Below, in pieces: positions 17,454 to 25,555 of a stretch of 64,000 bases of DNA (positions within the stretch are counted from its first letter, which is position 1; the number at the start of each line of letters is the position of its first letter). Both the position numbers and the translations under genes were made by a program. Origin of the DNA: a virus (lineage: Duplodnaviria; Caudoviricetes); IMG/VR virus record IMGVR_UViG_3300025141_000075, positions 931-64,930 of that record. One strand, written 5' to 3'. Below the pieces are notes generated by a model that saw nothing but the letters and a program-made list of their open reading frames with translations, was not told the origin of the DNA and did no database searches.

Positions 17454-18208
17454 GTTGCCAATCCATTCATGCTTCTTTTCAGTTCATTTAATGAAAAGTT
17501 TTCAAATCTTTCTTCTTTGATGGGCAATTTCCATTTACCGCTACCTGAATTCCAATCAATTTCGCAATAGCAGGATGTTTGCCCGTTCTCTATAAACTCA
17601 ACCAATCTGTGTAAGCCGTCTACAACTAAAAACTTTTGTTCTTCCTCGATCCAATTAACTTTAATTGGGGCTTGCGGGGTTCTGCTTCGTGCCCCTTTCA
17701 AGACATTTTGATAAGCAGCAAGAATTCCCTGCTCCGTGTTACCTGTTTCGACAATCAAATGATCAAAGTGGATCTTAGCTTCGCCGAGGGCGCCCTGTAG
17801 CGATTTTAGCACCTGCTGCAGCTGGCCGGCCAAAGCAGACGCCTTGACTGTTGCCTGTTTTACTGCTGCTGGATTTGCTTTTGCTTGCTGGCCGCCTTTC
17901 GCTGCTGGCGACACAGCGGTACTCTCAAAGCCTTGAGGGCCGGAAGCAGCTGCTTTGGCTTTCTTGTCGGCGGCGACATCGTCGGCGGTTGCAACGTAAG
18001 TATTTTTGAAGGGATCTTTTGTCTTTGGTTCAGGTTCGCCGGCTTGCTGTCTTTTAAAGCGTGCAAGCTCTGCTTTATACTCTTCGGGAGATATGAGGCC
18101 CTCATCTGCCATGGCCTTCAGTTGCTTAAGCTCTTGTTCTGTATTTTCTTTTATGTGCTTTCGCCAATTTTCAAATAGTTTTTTCATGTTGCTAATCCAT
18201 TCATACTT
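17449..18208. repeat. 26-bp imperfect direct repeat (17449-17474 and 18183-18208)
   Basis: ttcatgttgcYaatccattcatRctt; both copies encode SMNGLAT-stop. Confidence 0.9.
17450..18187 (-). CDS. Leader + SHOCT-like + ParB/Srx-like domain protein
   Basis: Start ATG 18187 overlaps the ftsZ TGA: MKKLFENWRKHIKE. LKQLKAMADEGLISPEEY is SHOCT-like; PIKV...FLVVDGLHRL is ParB/Srx-like. Confidence 0.7.
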   Translation of the reverse strand: MKKLFENWRKHIKENTEQELKQLKAMADEGLISPEEYKAELARFKRQQAGEPEPKTKDPFKNTYVATADDVAADKKAKAAASGPQGFESTAVSPAAKGGQQAKANPAAVKQATVKASALAGQLQQVLKSLQGALGEAKIHFDHLIVETGNTEQGILAAYQNVLKGARSRTPQAPIKVNWIEEEQKFLVVDGLHRLVEFIENGQTSCYCEIDWNSGSGKWKLPIKEERFENFSLNELKRSMNGLAT

Positions 18209-19326
18209 AGTATCGCAATCAATCCGGGCACATTCTTTCTGACATAAACGCCAGAGAAAAGTGTCTCGCATCGGCCGCCGACATAAGCGATTGCCGACTC
18301 AATATTCTTGCTGACTTTTGGATCAGCCACCATCTCTTCTGACACAACCAGCACTAACGAGCCTGCAGCAGCCTTTCCCTTGGGGGGAGGGCATGCAGAA
18401 CGATTCATGCAGTTATGGAGGATCACCGATCCAAGCTTAGCTGTATTTGGATCTTTTATCATAGTTGAGCCCAAGAAGGCACGACCGTCATTGCCCAAAC
18501 ATGTTTCCAAATCCTTGCTGTCAAAAGATTGGATCGGTGAATCCTCAGTGGAGAGCTTTAACACTTGGGCAAGTGACTTAGCAAAAGTTGTGTTGGCGAC
18601 AGGGTACATGCCAAGCATGCCGATTCTGCCGCGCAGTAAGCGTGTAGCTCGTTCGTTATCAAGAACGATATGCGGATGTTTAGCAACGTCATTTGCCAGT
18701 GTCAACGCATTACGAGCGATTGTGGGGTTAAGGTTTTCTTGTGCGGTTGGCCATGAGACTATGTAAACGACCTTGCCGCTCGACTGCACAGAGCGCATGT
18801 AACGCTCAAAGACAGGGTGCAGAGCGGTAACACTACTACCGGTACCGCCACCACCGCCAGCAAGGACGAATAGCCAATCAACTTTACCGAGTTTGATGCG
18901 GAGGGCATCTTCAACAATTGCACCATTTTGACTTAAAACCTCTTTTCCGTAGTCTACGTTTTTTCCAATCCCGTCTGAATCGGGGATGAGGACAACGTGA
19001 TCCTCTTCTACATTCTTTGGAATGTCTTTACCTGTTGAATTTACGAGTAGCGTTTTGTTGAATCCAAGTTCAATAAACGCATTCGCCATTTTATTGCCTC
19101 CACCGCCGACACCAACGAAACCAACATTGATAGATGAGGGTGCTGTGTTCTCGGGGAGTAAATCTTCATCAGAGTATTCCATCTGTAATCCGAAATCCTC
19201 AACCATGCCGAAATCTTCTGCATCTACTTCTTCGTGGTAACTGTCTTTCTCCTGCGCAAACGCGGGAGGTGGTTCTGCGGGAGGCAGAAAATCAAATTCG
19301 TTTTTATCGTCGTTTTCGTCTGACAT
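18184..19326 (-). CDS. FtsZ/tubulin-family GTPase
   Basis: VGVGGGGNK, LLVNS, GIGKN and GGGGGTGS (tubulin signature); IVLDNE; T7-like FDSKD; acidic N-terminal extension. Confidence 0.92.
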   Translation of the reverse strand: MSDENDDKNEFDFLPPAEPPPAFAQEKDSYHEEVDAEDFGMVEDFGLQMEYSDEDLLPENTAPSSINVGFVGVGGGGNKMANAFIELGFNKTLLVNSTGKDIPKNVEEDHVVLIPDSDGIGKNVDYGKEVLSQNGAIVEDALRIKLGKVDWLFVLAGGGGGTGSSVTALHPVFERYMRSVQSSGKVVYIVSWPTAQENLNPTIARNALTLANDVAKHPHIVLDNERATRLLRGRIGMLGMYPVANTTFAKSLAQVLKLSTEDSPIQSFDSKDLETCLGNDGRAFLGSTMIKDPNTAKLGSVILHNCMNRSACPPPKGKAAAGSLVLVVSEEMVADPKVSKNIESAIAYVGGRCETLFSGVYVRKNVPGLIAILSMNGLAT

Positions 19327-19337
19327 TGTTTATTCCT

Positions 19338-19691
19338 TTAAGCTTGATGCTTTCCGTGATGTGGTTTACCAAGTTCTGCAAAGATCTGAGAAATCTCAAT
19401 GAAAGCTTCTTTGCCCGGGCGTCCCATATACTTAAGACCGTTCTCAAGTGAACTCGCAATATGATCTACACTGAAATATTTCAATGCGTTTTTCATATCT
19501 GTGGCAAGTTTCGCCTTATCAACCTCAACATCGTCGTTGTAGAAAGGATCATAAGGCTCTGACATATCCGGGTACTTCTCTGGTTCGGGCTCTGGTTCGT
19601 AAACGCTTTTTCCTGCGGGGGCGTCGAAGTTAATTGCCTCTTTTATCTCTTCCTTAATAATTTGTTTAAGTTGCGACTTACTAATTTTCAC
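19338..19691 (-). CDS. Leader-bearing hypothetical protein
   Basis: GTG start, MKISKSQLKQIIKEEIKE; GGAG RBS. Confidence 0.75.
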   Translation of the reverse strand: MKISKSQLKQIIKEEIKEAINFDAPAGKSVYEPEPEPEKYPDMSEPYDPFYNDDVEVDKAKLATDMKNALKYFSVDHIASSLENGLKYMGRPGKEAFIEISQIFAELGKPHHGKHQA

Positions 19692-19702
19692 TTTGTAATC
19701 TC

Positions 19703-22700
19703 CTATTGGTTTACTCTTGCGTATCCGTCTTTCTTTTCAATCACGATTTGCATGTCAACACAATCTTTGAGCGAATCAAGGTGCGAGATCAGCAAAACGT
19801 TCTTAAAATACACTTTAATTAGTTCCAAGATCCGAATAAAACCCTCCATATTTTCTTCGTCTAGTGCGGTACCCGGCTCATCAAGGATAAACAAGTCGCT
19901 TTTAGGCAATGATGAAACACTCAAAAGTGCCAAGCGGATGGCCATGGCGGCCATTGTTTTCTCTGCTCCAGATGCCATCTCAATTGGGCGCTCGTTATAC
20001 TGTGGGTGTTTGATGAAGATATCAAATTTATTTCCTGATGTCTCAAAGAAAATTTCGAAATCTACAATATTGGCTAATACTTTGGCAATTTCTGAATTAA
20101 TAACAGGCATTTTCTTTTTGATAATGTCATAAGCAATACCATTGGAGTGCATACAACGCATAAATAAATCATAAGCTGAGAACTCTTTTTCCAGCTGAAT
20201 ATACTCTGCTTTTAATTCTTTCAAATTTTCAGATTGTTGTTCAAATGAGCCCACCTTTTTATAGAGACCAAGGGTCTTATCTGTTTCTATTTTGATACTT
20301 TGTCTCACCTTAATAATACTCTGTTCATAATCTTCTTTATTGTTGAGCAGTTTTTCAAGATTTTCAATAGCTTCTTTGTTTTGCTCATAGGCCATCTTTT
20401 TGTCGGTCAAATCAGAAACAGAGTTATTGATCCTCTCAAGAGCGATATTGTTTCTTTCAATACTCATTTTTAAATCGTTAATCAAAATCTCTGTTTCTTG
20501 TTTTTTGTTCTGCAGTTTCTTAAATTTCTCTATGTGATCCGAAACGATTGTGGGAGCCAAGGCAGACAAGGTCTTCTCTAATTGTACTACTTCGGTTTTC
20601 ATTTCAGGTATTGTTGCGACTGCAATATGTGCATCTTTTATAAACTTACACGTAGGATATGATGTACCACAAGGTATATCATCCAGCAATCGTTCTTTGC
20701 TTATTGCGGAATCTAACAAACTTGTAAACTCAGCTAATTTATGGTTAGTCTCGGTGATTTGTGTCTGCTGTGTAAGCAAAGCATCGTAATCAAGCTGTCC
20801 CATAAGAATAGTTATTTTATCATATCGGGCTTTTTCATTTTTGAGAGTTGTTGAGTCTTCAATTATTTTATTAGACAATAAATTAATCTGTTTTTGATTC
20901 TTTTCTAAAGCACGATAAATATCGAAGATATCAATTGCCTCCGCGGGGATGTCTGAAATTTGTTTGTCAGCCTCAGCCAAATTTGCTTCTTGCTCTTTTA
21001 AAACTTTTTCTTTAGATTTTACAATCTTTTCTTGTTTTAAAATTTGATTTTTACAGTTTTTCAGATTTTTGAGTGCTTCTTCAATTTCAGCCTCATATTC
21101 CCTATCTTCTAATTTTTTAAGATATGCTTTCGCTTCAACTGATTCTTCCTTCGCCAATTTAAACTTTTTATCAAAAATCTCTAAGTCTAAAAACTTGGCA
21201 ATGATTTCCTTACGACGCGTGGAACCTTCGTCGATAAATGCCAGTGAACCATGTTGTGAGGCTAATGATGATACGTTGAAATCCTCAATTGTGCCAAAGT
21301 GTTTACGTATATTCGCATCCGTGTTATTACGTGTTAAGCCATTTAGAGATGTTGTCTCGCCGGTGGCACAATTGTGAACTTCAAAATTTAGCTCAGTCTT
21401 AGCTTCTTGTGTTTTCTCCCCCTTCAGCGTCTTAACATATTTCGTGGCTGTTCTTTCAATCATGAAAAGGTTATCATTAATTTGAATTTCTAATTTGCCG
21501 CGGCCGTGATCTTTGTTTTGATTAATTACATTAAGGTTTTTGCGCTCATTCTTAGAGGTTGTATTGAACAATGTCCATAAGGCGGCATCTACAACAGAAC
21601 TTTTGCCTGAGAAGTTTTTGCCAAATATACCAACGATCCCATCCAGTGTATCAAAACAAACATTATTTTCTTCACCGTAATTAAACAAATTATCAAATTC
21701 AAAATTTATCAATTTCCAATTAATGTTGCGAGAGACGTCTTCCTCTTTTTCAATGATCACGTTGTACTTTCTATTTAATTCATAAACGCTTTCTAATATA
21801 TCATCTGTAATATGGTAATCCTTCAGATATTCGCTGATCAATTCTTCTTGAACTTTGATATCACGTAGGTTCTCGGTCTTAAGACCATCTGTTAACTCTT
21901 CTACATTGCCACGTTGGCCTGATGCTCTGTTAAGAAACGAAATGCTTTCAGGCTTAAATCTATGTTTAGCGATATCCACTGCACGTTTCATTACATCTAA
22001 AGGCAGGTTGTTATTGCTGACTAGTCGTAAACGTGAACCGGTAGGAACCGCGGTGTTTTTGGGCATGCGGCCCTTCCGCGTAAGTTCTATTGTAATAAAC
22101 GCCTTGGGGTTTATAAGAGATACATGACGGGTATCAAAATTGTTTTTGTCTTCTATCTCCCATATCAAATAACCTTTGTCGTTGCTTTCACCATGGTTCT
22201 GCTGTACTAAACTGCCCGGGTATCTTGCTTTCCCATCATTATCAATCTTTTGATTAGTCTTGTGGATATCACCCAAGAGCGCATAGTCGTATTTCTCAAG
22301 GGTTTCCATGTCAATATCACCGTGAGTCATCATCCAACCACTGTCGGTGACTGAGCCAACCACAGAGCCATGATAAAGGGCGATGTTCGTGCGGTCTTCC
22401 GGCAACGTCTCTTGCCAATTTTCTGGATCAACAATAGATAACACATGTAGATCAATTCCGTCAGCAACTTCAATAACATCTGAATATTTGTGAAAATGAA
22501 TATTGGGGTGCTTCAGATTATCCACAATAGGGCTTATTGCATCCAGTCTTCCGCTATTCTTAAGGTTCATATCATGATTACCAAGAATTATATGGTATGG
22601 TGCGATGTCTGCTAAATTAACAAACAGATCACTCATCATACGAATCGCCTCGGGGCTCAAATCAAGTTTAGTGTGAAAGGTGTCACCGGTGTTAACAATA

Positions 22701-22819
22701 ATATCTGGTTTTTCTTCTTTTAGTTTTTCGTAAAGCTGTTCAAATACAGCACGGTATTCCTTATGATACTTCAATTTTCGGACATGGATATCCGATACAT
22801 GCGCAATCTTAATGCCCAT
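19703..22819 (-). CDS. Fused SbcD/Mre11 nuclease and SbcC/Rad50 ATPase (gp47-gp46-like)
   Basis: Phosphoesterase motifs DIH, GDTFH, GNHD, HG and GDIH; then Walker A GKNFSGKSS, coiled coil, SGAEK signature, FILDEP Walker B, ISH. Confidence 0.92.
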   Translation of the reverse strand: MGIKIAHVSDIHVRKLKYHKEYRAVFEQLYEKLKEEKPDIIVNTGDTFHTKLDLSPEAIRMMSDLFVNLADIAPYHIILGNHDMNLKNSGRLDAISPIVDNLKHPNIHFHKYSDVIEVADGIDLHVLSIVDPENWQETLPEDRTNIALYHGSVVGSVTDSGWMMTHGDIDMETLEKYDYALLGDIHKTNQKIDNDGKARYPGSLVQQNHGESNDKGYLIWEIEDKNNFDTRHVSLINPKAFITIELTRKGRMPKNTAVPTGSRLRLVSNNNLPLDVMKRAVDIAKHRFKPESISFLNRASGQRGNVEELTDGLKTENLRDIKVQEELISEYLKDYHITDDILESVYELNRKYNVIIEKEEDVSRNINWKLINFEFDNLFNYGEENNVCFDTLDGIVGIFGKNFSGKSSVVDAALWTLFNTTSKNERKNLNVINQNKDHGRGKLEIQINDNLFMIERTATKYVKTLKGEKTQEAKTELNFEVHNCATGETTSLNGLTRNNTDANIRKHFGTIEDFNVSSLASQHGSLAFIDEGSTRRKEIIAKFLDLEIFDKKFKLAKEESVEAKAYLKKLEDREYEAEIEEALKNLKNCKNQILKQEKIVKSKEKVLKEQEANLAEADKQISDIPAEAIDIFDIYRALEKNQKQINLLSNKIIEDSTTLKNEKARYDKITILMGQLDYDALLTQQTQITETNHKLAEFTSLLDSAISKERLLDDIPCGTSYPTCKFIKDAHIAVATIPEMKTEVVQLEKTLSALAPTIVSDHIEKFKKLQNKKQETEILINDLKMSIERNNIALERINNSVSDLTDKKMAYEQNKEAIENLEKLLNNKEDYEQSIIKVRQSIKIETDKTLGLYKKVGSFEQQSENLKELKAEYIQLEKEFSAYDLFMRCMHSNGIAYDIIKKKMPVINSEIAKVLANIVDFEIFFETSGNKFDIFIKHPQYNERPIEMASGAEKTMAAMAIRLALLSVSSLPKSDLFILDEPGTALDEENMEGFIRILELIKVYFKNVLLISHLDSLKDCVDMQIVIEKKDGYARVNQ

Positions 22820-22830
22820 ATACTCTCCTA

Positions 22831-22932
22831 TTAATTAATAGCTTTGAGTAAAAATAGGGTACTGTAATACGCGGCGGCCAAAACAGTGGCGTCCAGAAGT
22901 GTTTTAAAGATAAAGAAAACAACTTTGTTCAT
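22831..22932 (-). CDS. Small hydrophobic peptide (33 aa)
   Basis: MNKVVFFIFKTLLDATVLAAAYYSTLFLLKAIN; GGGAGG RBS; directly after a sigma70-like promoter. Confidence 0.55.
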   Translation of the reverse strand: MNKVVFFIFKTLLDATVLAAAYYSTLFLLKAIN

Positions 22933-22957
22933 AGCACAGCCCTCCCAAGCTACTATT

Positions 22958-22985
22958 AGTATATCATGTCTGTGGATAAATGCAA
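22958..22985 (-). promoter_or_regulatory. sigma70-like promoter
   Basis: TTGCAT-N16-TATACT with TG-n extended -10. Confidence 0.6.
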
Positions 22986-23003
22986 GCTTTTTCTGTTAAT
23001 ATT

Positions 23004-23900
23004 TTACTTACCGACGTTTTGGCCGGTAATTTTATTAAACATTTGCATGTAATATTGAGAAGCAGACATGCCTGCATTTGGAAGTTCAGGATTCACCATA
23101 TCTAACAAGGGGTAAGATTCGTATCCGAAAGATTCACCCTTACCTTTAAGGAATTTTATACCGCCTTGAGATGCCTTTTGCATTTGTGCTTGGTTTCCAC
23201 CAATTTCGCCTTTACTTACCTTGGCGGGATTAAAATCTGGTAAATCATATAACTGTTTATACTGTTGTGCATATTGTTCTTTGGACATATCGGCATCCCT
23301 AACTGTGTCAAGATCAATACCCGGCCTTAGTTCTGCCTTGCTGGTTACACCCTTGGCAATTTGGTTTTTAATGTCTTTCTGTAATTTCAGCAAAACGCCG
23401 TATTCTTGTGAAAACATTTGTGTGCGACCACCATCGTAATCTTGGAAAATAGGGAAGTTTTGCATTTGAGATACTCTATCACTAAAATCTTGACCTGCTT
23501 CACCACCTACAGAACCCTTGTCTGCATCTGGGCTTATATTCCACATAAAGTTGGCTGATGAACCTAGCAGGTCATTAACTGATTCTAATGCGTGGCCGGA
23601 CAGTTGTTTTTCAGCTTCTACGCTAGCTTCTGCAGCCGCGCGTTCAGCAGCTTTAATATCAGATAAATCGGAACTTCGGTCTCCGAGAACAGCCAACAAA
23701 CCGCCAACAACTGCTAGGGGGAGTAGACCTTTTTTAATTCTAGAAACCAAGTCGCGGCGGTGTTCCTTTTTGTATGCTTGCAAGTCTTCATCATTTTCAA
23801 GAAGAAATTTATCCAATTCTTCTTCAATTATTTGTTCTAAAAAATTATCAACTATTTCTTCTAAAATAATTTGTTTAAGTTTTGACTCTGTGATATTCAT
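23004..23900 (-). CDS. Leader-bearing protein with TM segment
   Basis: MNITESKLKQIILEE...LEQIIEEE...FLLE, then GLLPLAVVGGLLAVLG. Confidence 0.75.
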   Translation of the reverse strand: MNITESKLKQIILEEIVDNFLEQIIEEELDKFLLENDEDLQAYKKEHRRDLVSRIKKGLLPLAVVGGLLAVLGDRSSDLSDIKAAERAAAEASVEAEKQLSGHALESVNDLLGSSANFMWNISPDADKGSVGGEAGQDFSDRVSQMQNFPIFQDYDGGRTQMFSQEYGVLLKLQKDIKNQIAKGVTSKAELRPGIDLDTVRDADMSKEQYAQQYKQLYDLPDFNPAKVSKGEIGGNQAQMQKASQGGIKFLKGKGESFGYESYPLLDMVNPELPNAGMSASQYYMQMFNKITGQNVGK

Positions 23901-23901
23901 G

Positions 23902-24840
23902 CTATACCGCCGATAGTAAATCTAGCAGTAAATAGTTGTCTCTATCGATAAAGGAGGCTTTATTCTTTCTTTCAGCAAACACTTCTTTAGGCATTGAGCC
24001 TACATCTTCGAACCCAGAAATATCAATCTTGTAAAGTTCAATATCATATCGAAGAAGCATTTCAATAATCCTCCTCTCTTTGCTGGCTGCATCTGGGTCA
24101 AGTGCGACGTAGATTGGGGTGTCATTTCGTACAATCTTTCGTAATAAATCGGACCCGGCGCGTAGGGTTGAGCCCAATATAGGAACAGCATTTCCGGCGA
24201 CAAGTGCATCAAAAACTCCCTCGACCAATACTAGGTCTCTATTCCAGTCAATATATAGGTCGTTAAACACTATATCCTTGGATGCTCTTGGATTTTTATA
24301 CTTATAGGAGTCCCCAGTATAGGATCTCGCGATAAAGTAGCTACAATCGCCATCTTCGTCAAAAGATGGAATAATGATTCTGTTGCGATATTCGCCGCTA
24401 AAACAAAAACCTATCTTCCACTTAATTATGTCTTCTTTTGTAAGTCCTCTTTTGAGTAAATATTTGAGGGCGTAAGCACCTGTTGCTGGGACTTTGTTTG
24501 TGCAGAGTGTTGCGAATTCTTCTGGTAATTGTATTTTCTCACTCCTTGTTTCAGGCTCGTATTCATCAAAGAGTTCATTAAACTTCTCCAAGTCTGTCCG
24601 AACTGTAATTTCGTCCCACCGCTGGAGTTGTGTAAAAGAACCAAAACGCCTAATAACCCGCCTAATATTACGACCGCGATAATCACAAACCCAACACTTA
24701 AAAGCATTTTTATCCAAATTAATAGAGAATTTACGCTTGTGGTGATTGCACGCAGGACACGTGAAAAGAAGTTCCTGTCCTTTGTCAATGTTGTTTCCAA
24801 ACGTTTCATATAATATTCTCTTTGCTTCTTTCTTATTCAT
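23902..24840 (-). CDS. DNA primase (DnaG-like)
   Basis: Zn finger CPAC..H...CWVC; RIIIP; YKYKNP; TOPRIM LVEGVFD and LDPDA. Confidence 0.9.
   Translation of the reverse strand: MNKKEAKRILYETFGNNIDKGQELLFTCPACNHHKRKFSINLDKNAFKCWVCDYRGRNIRRVIRRFGSFTQLQRWDEITVRTDLEKFNELFDEYEPETRSEKIQLPEEFATLCTNKVPATGAYALKYLLKRGLTKEDIIKWKIGFCFSGEYRNRIIIPSFDEDGDCSYFIARSYTGDSYKYKNPRASKDIVFNDLYIDWNRDLVLVEGVFDALVAGNAVPILGSTLRAGSDLLRKIVRNDTPIYVALDPDAASKERRIIEMLLRYDIELYKIDISGFEDVGSMPKEVFAERKNKASFIDRDNYLLLDLLSAV
23929..23936 (-). promoter_or_regulatory. ACTATTTA putative late promoter
   Basis: 28 nt upstream of the ATG at 23900, inside the primase 3' end. Confidence 0.5.
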
Positions 24841-24854
24841 ATGCCCTCAAAGCA

Positions 24855-24883
24855 AATTTATCATGAATTGGTGTTCATGTCAA
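24855..24883 (-). promoter_or_regulatory. sigma70-like promoter for primase
   Basis: TTGACA-N17-TAAATT with TG-n. Confidence 0.7.
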
Positions 24884-24885
24884 GT

Positions 24886-24910
24886 AAAAACCCCGCCGAA
24901 GCGGGGTTTT
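24886..24910 (-). terminator. Rho-independent terminator with C(UUCG)G loop
   Basis: AAAACCCCGC-TTCG-GCGGGGTTTTT just after the FKBP stop codon. Confidence 0.9.
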
Positions 24911-24914
24911 AATT

Positions 24915-25490
24915 TTACTGTGCTTGTAAGGCGTCAATAATTTGAGCCTTGGTGGACTTTGTGTTGACCGGCAAGCCTCGCGACTTTGCAACTTCAAGAA
25001 GTTCAGCCTTCTTCATGCCAGCACTCCAGTCAGTGAATGTAATGTCTGGAGTTGCTTCCGGTGGGTGACCTACACTCACCAATTCGATCTCAAAAGTTAA
25101 CTCCTCTCCAGCTAACGGGTGATTGAGATTTAATACAACCTCATCTTCCAAGATCTCGTGAATCTTGGCCAAAAAAGATCCTTCAGGACCATTTCCTTGA
25201 ACTACTTCTCCCACCACAAAATCAAAATCAGCCCCAAAAGCTGATTTTGGCGCTGGGCGAAGTGCATCGGGGTTTATAGGCCCGTAGGCTTCTTCTGGAG
25301 AGAGATTGACTACAGTCTTTTCTCCCGCAGTCATGCCAACAATGGCGTTCTCAAAACCTTCAATCATGGTTCCGGTGCCAAGACTGAAATTTAAAGTTTC
25401 ACCGCGTGTGCGTGAGTTGTCAAATTCGGTACCATCAATTAAGGTACCCTTATAATGGACACGAACTCTGTGTCCTGTTTCTGCTTTCAT
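24915..25490 (-). CDS. FKBP-type peptidyl-prolyl isomerase (SlyD/SlpA-like) with C-terminal Rho_N/HeH-like domain
   Basis: VHYKGTL.DG..FD, GFENAI.GM, PEEAYG and LNHPLAGEELTFEIEL; tail MKKAELLEVAKSRGL...KAQIIDAL. Confidence 0.9.
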   Translation of the reverse strand: MKAETGHRVRVHYKGTLIDGTEFDNSRTRGETLNFSLGTGTMIEGFENAIVGMTAGEKTVVNLSPEEAYGPINPDALRPAPKSAFGADFDFVVGEVVQGNGPEGSFLAKIHEILEDEVVLNLNHPLAGEELTFEIELVSVGHPPEATPDITFTDWSAGMKKAELLEVAKSRGLPVNTKSTKAQIIDALQAQ

Positions 25491-25526
25491 TTTTATCTCC
25501 TAGGTTGATGAAAGAACATCATGTGT

Positions 25527-25555
25527 AAGATAACACATGAAGAGTTATTTGTCAA
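25527..25555 (-). promoter_or_regulatory. sigma70-like promoter with an inverted repeat around the -10
   Basis: TTGACA-N17-TATCTT; TCATGTGT-N6-ACACATGA at 25519-25540. Confidence 0.7.

Noticed and set aside
22971-22979. Perfect DnaA box (TTATCCACA) in the sbcDC promoter spacer
   Set aside because: It is a single box, the same 9-mer also occurs inside CDSs (10402, 41757), and there is no cluster or unwinding element. Not called as an origin, though regulation cannot be excluded.
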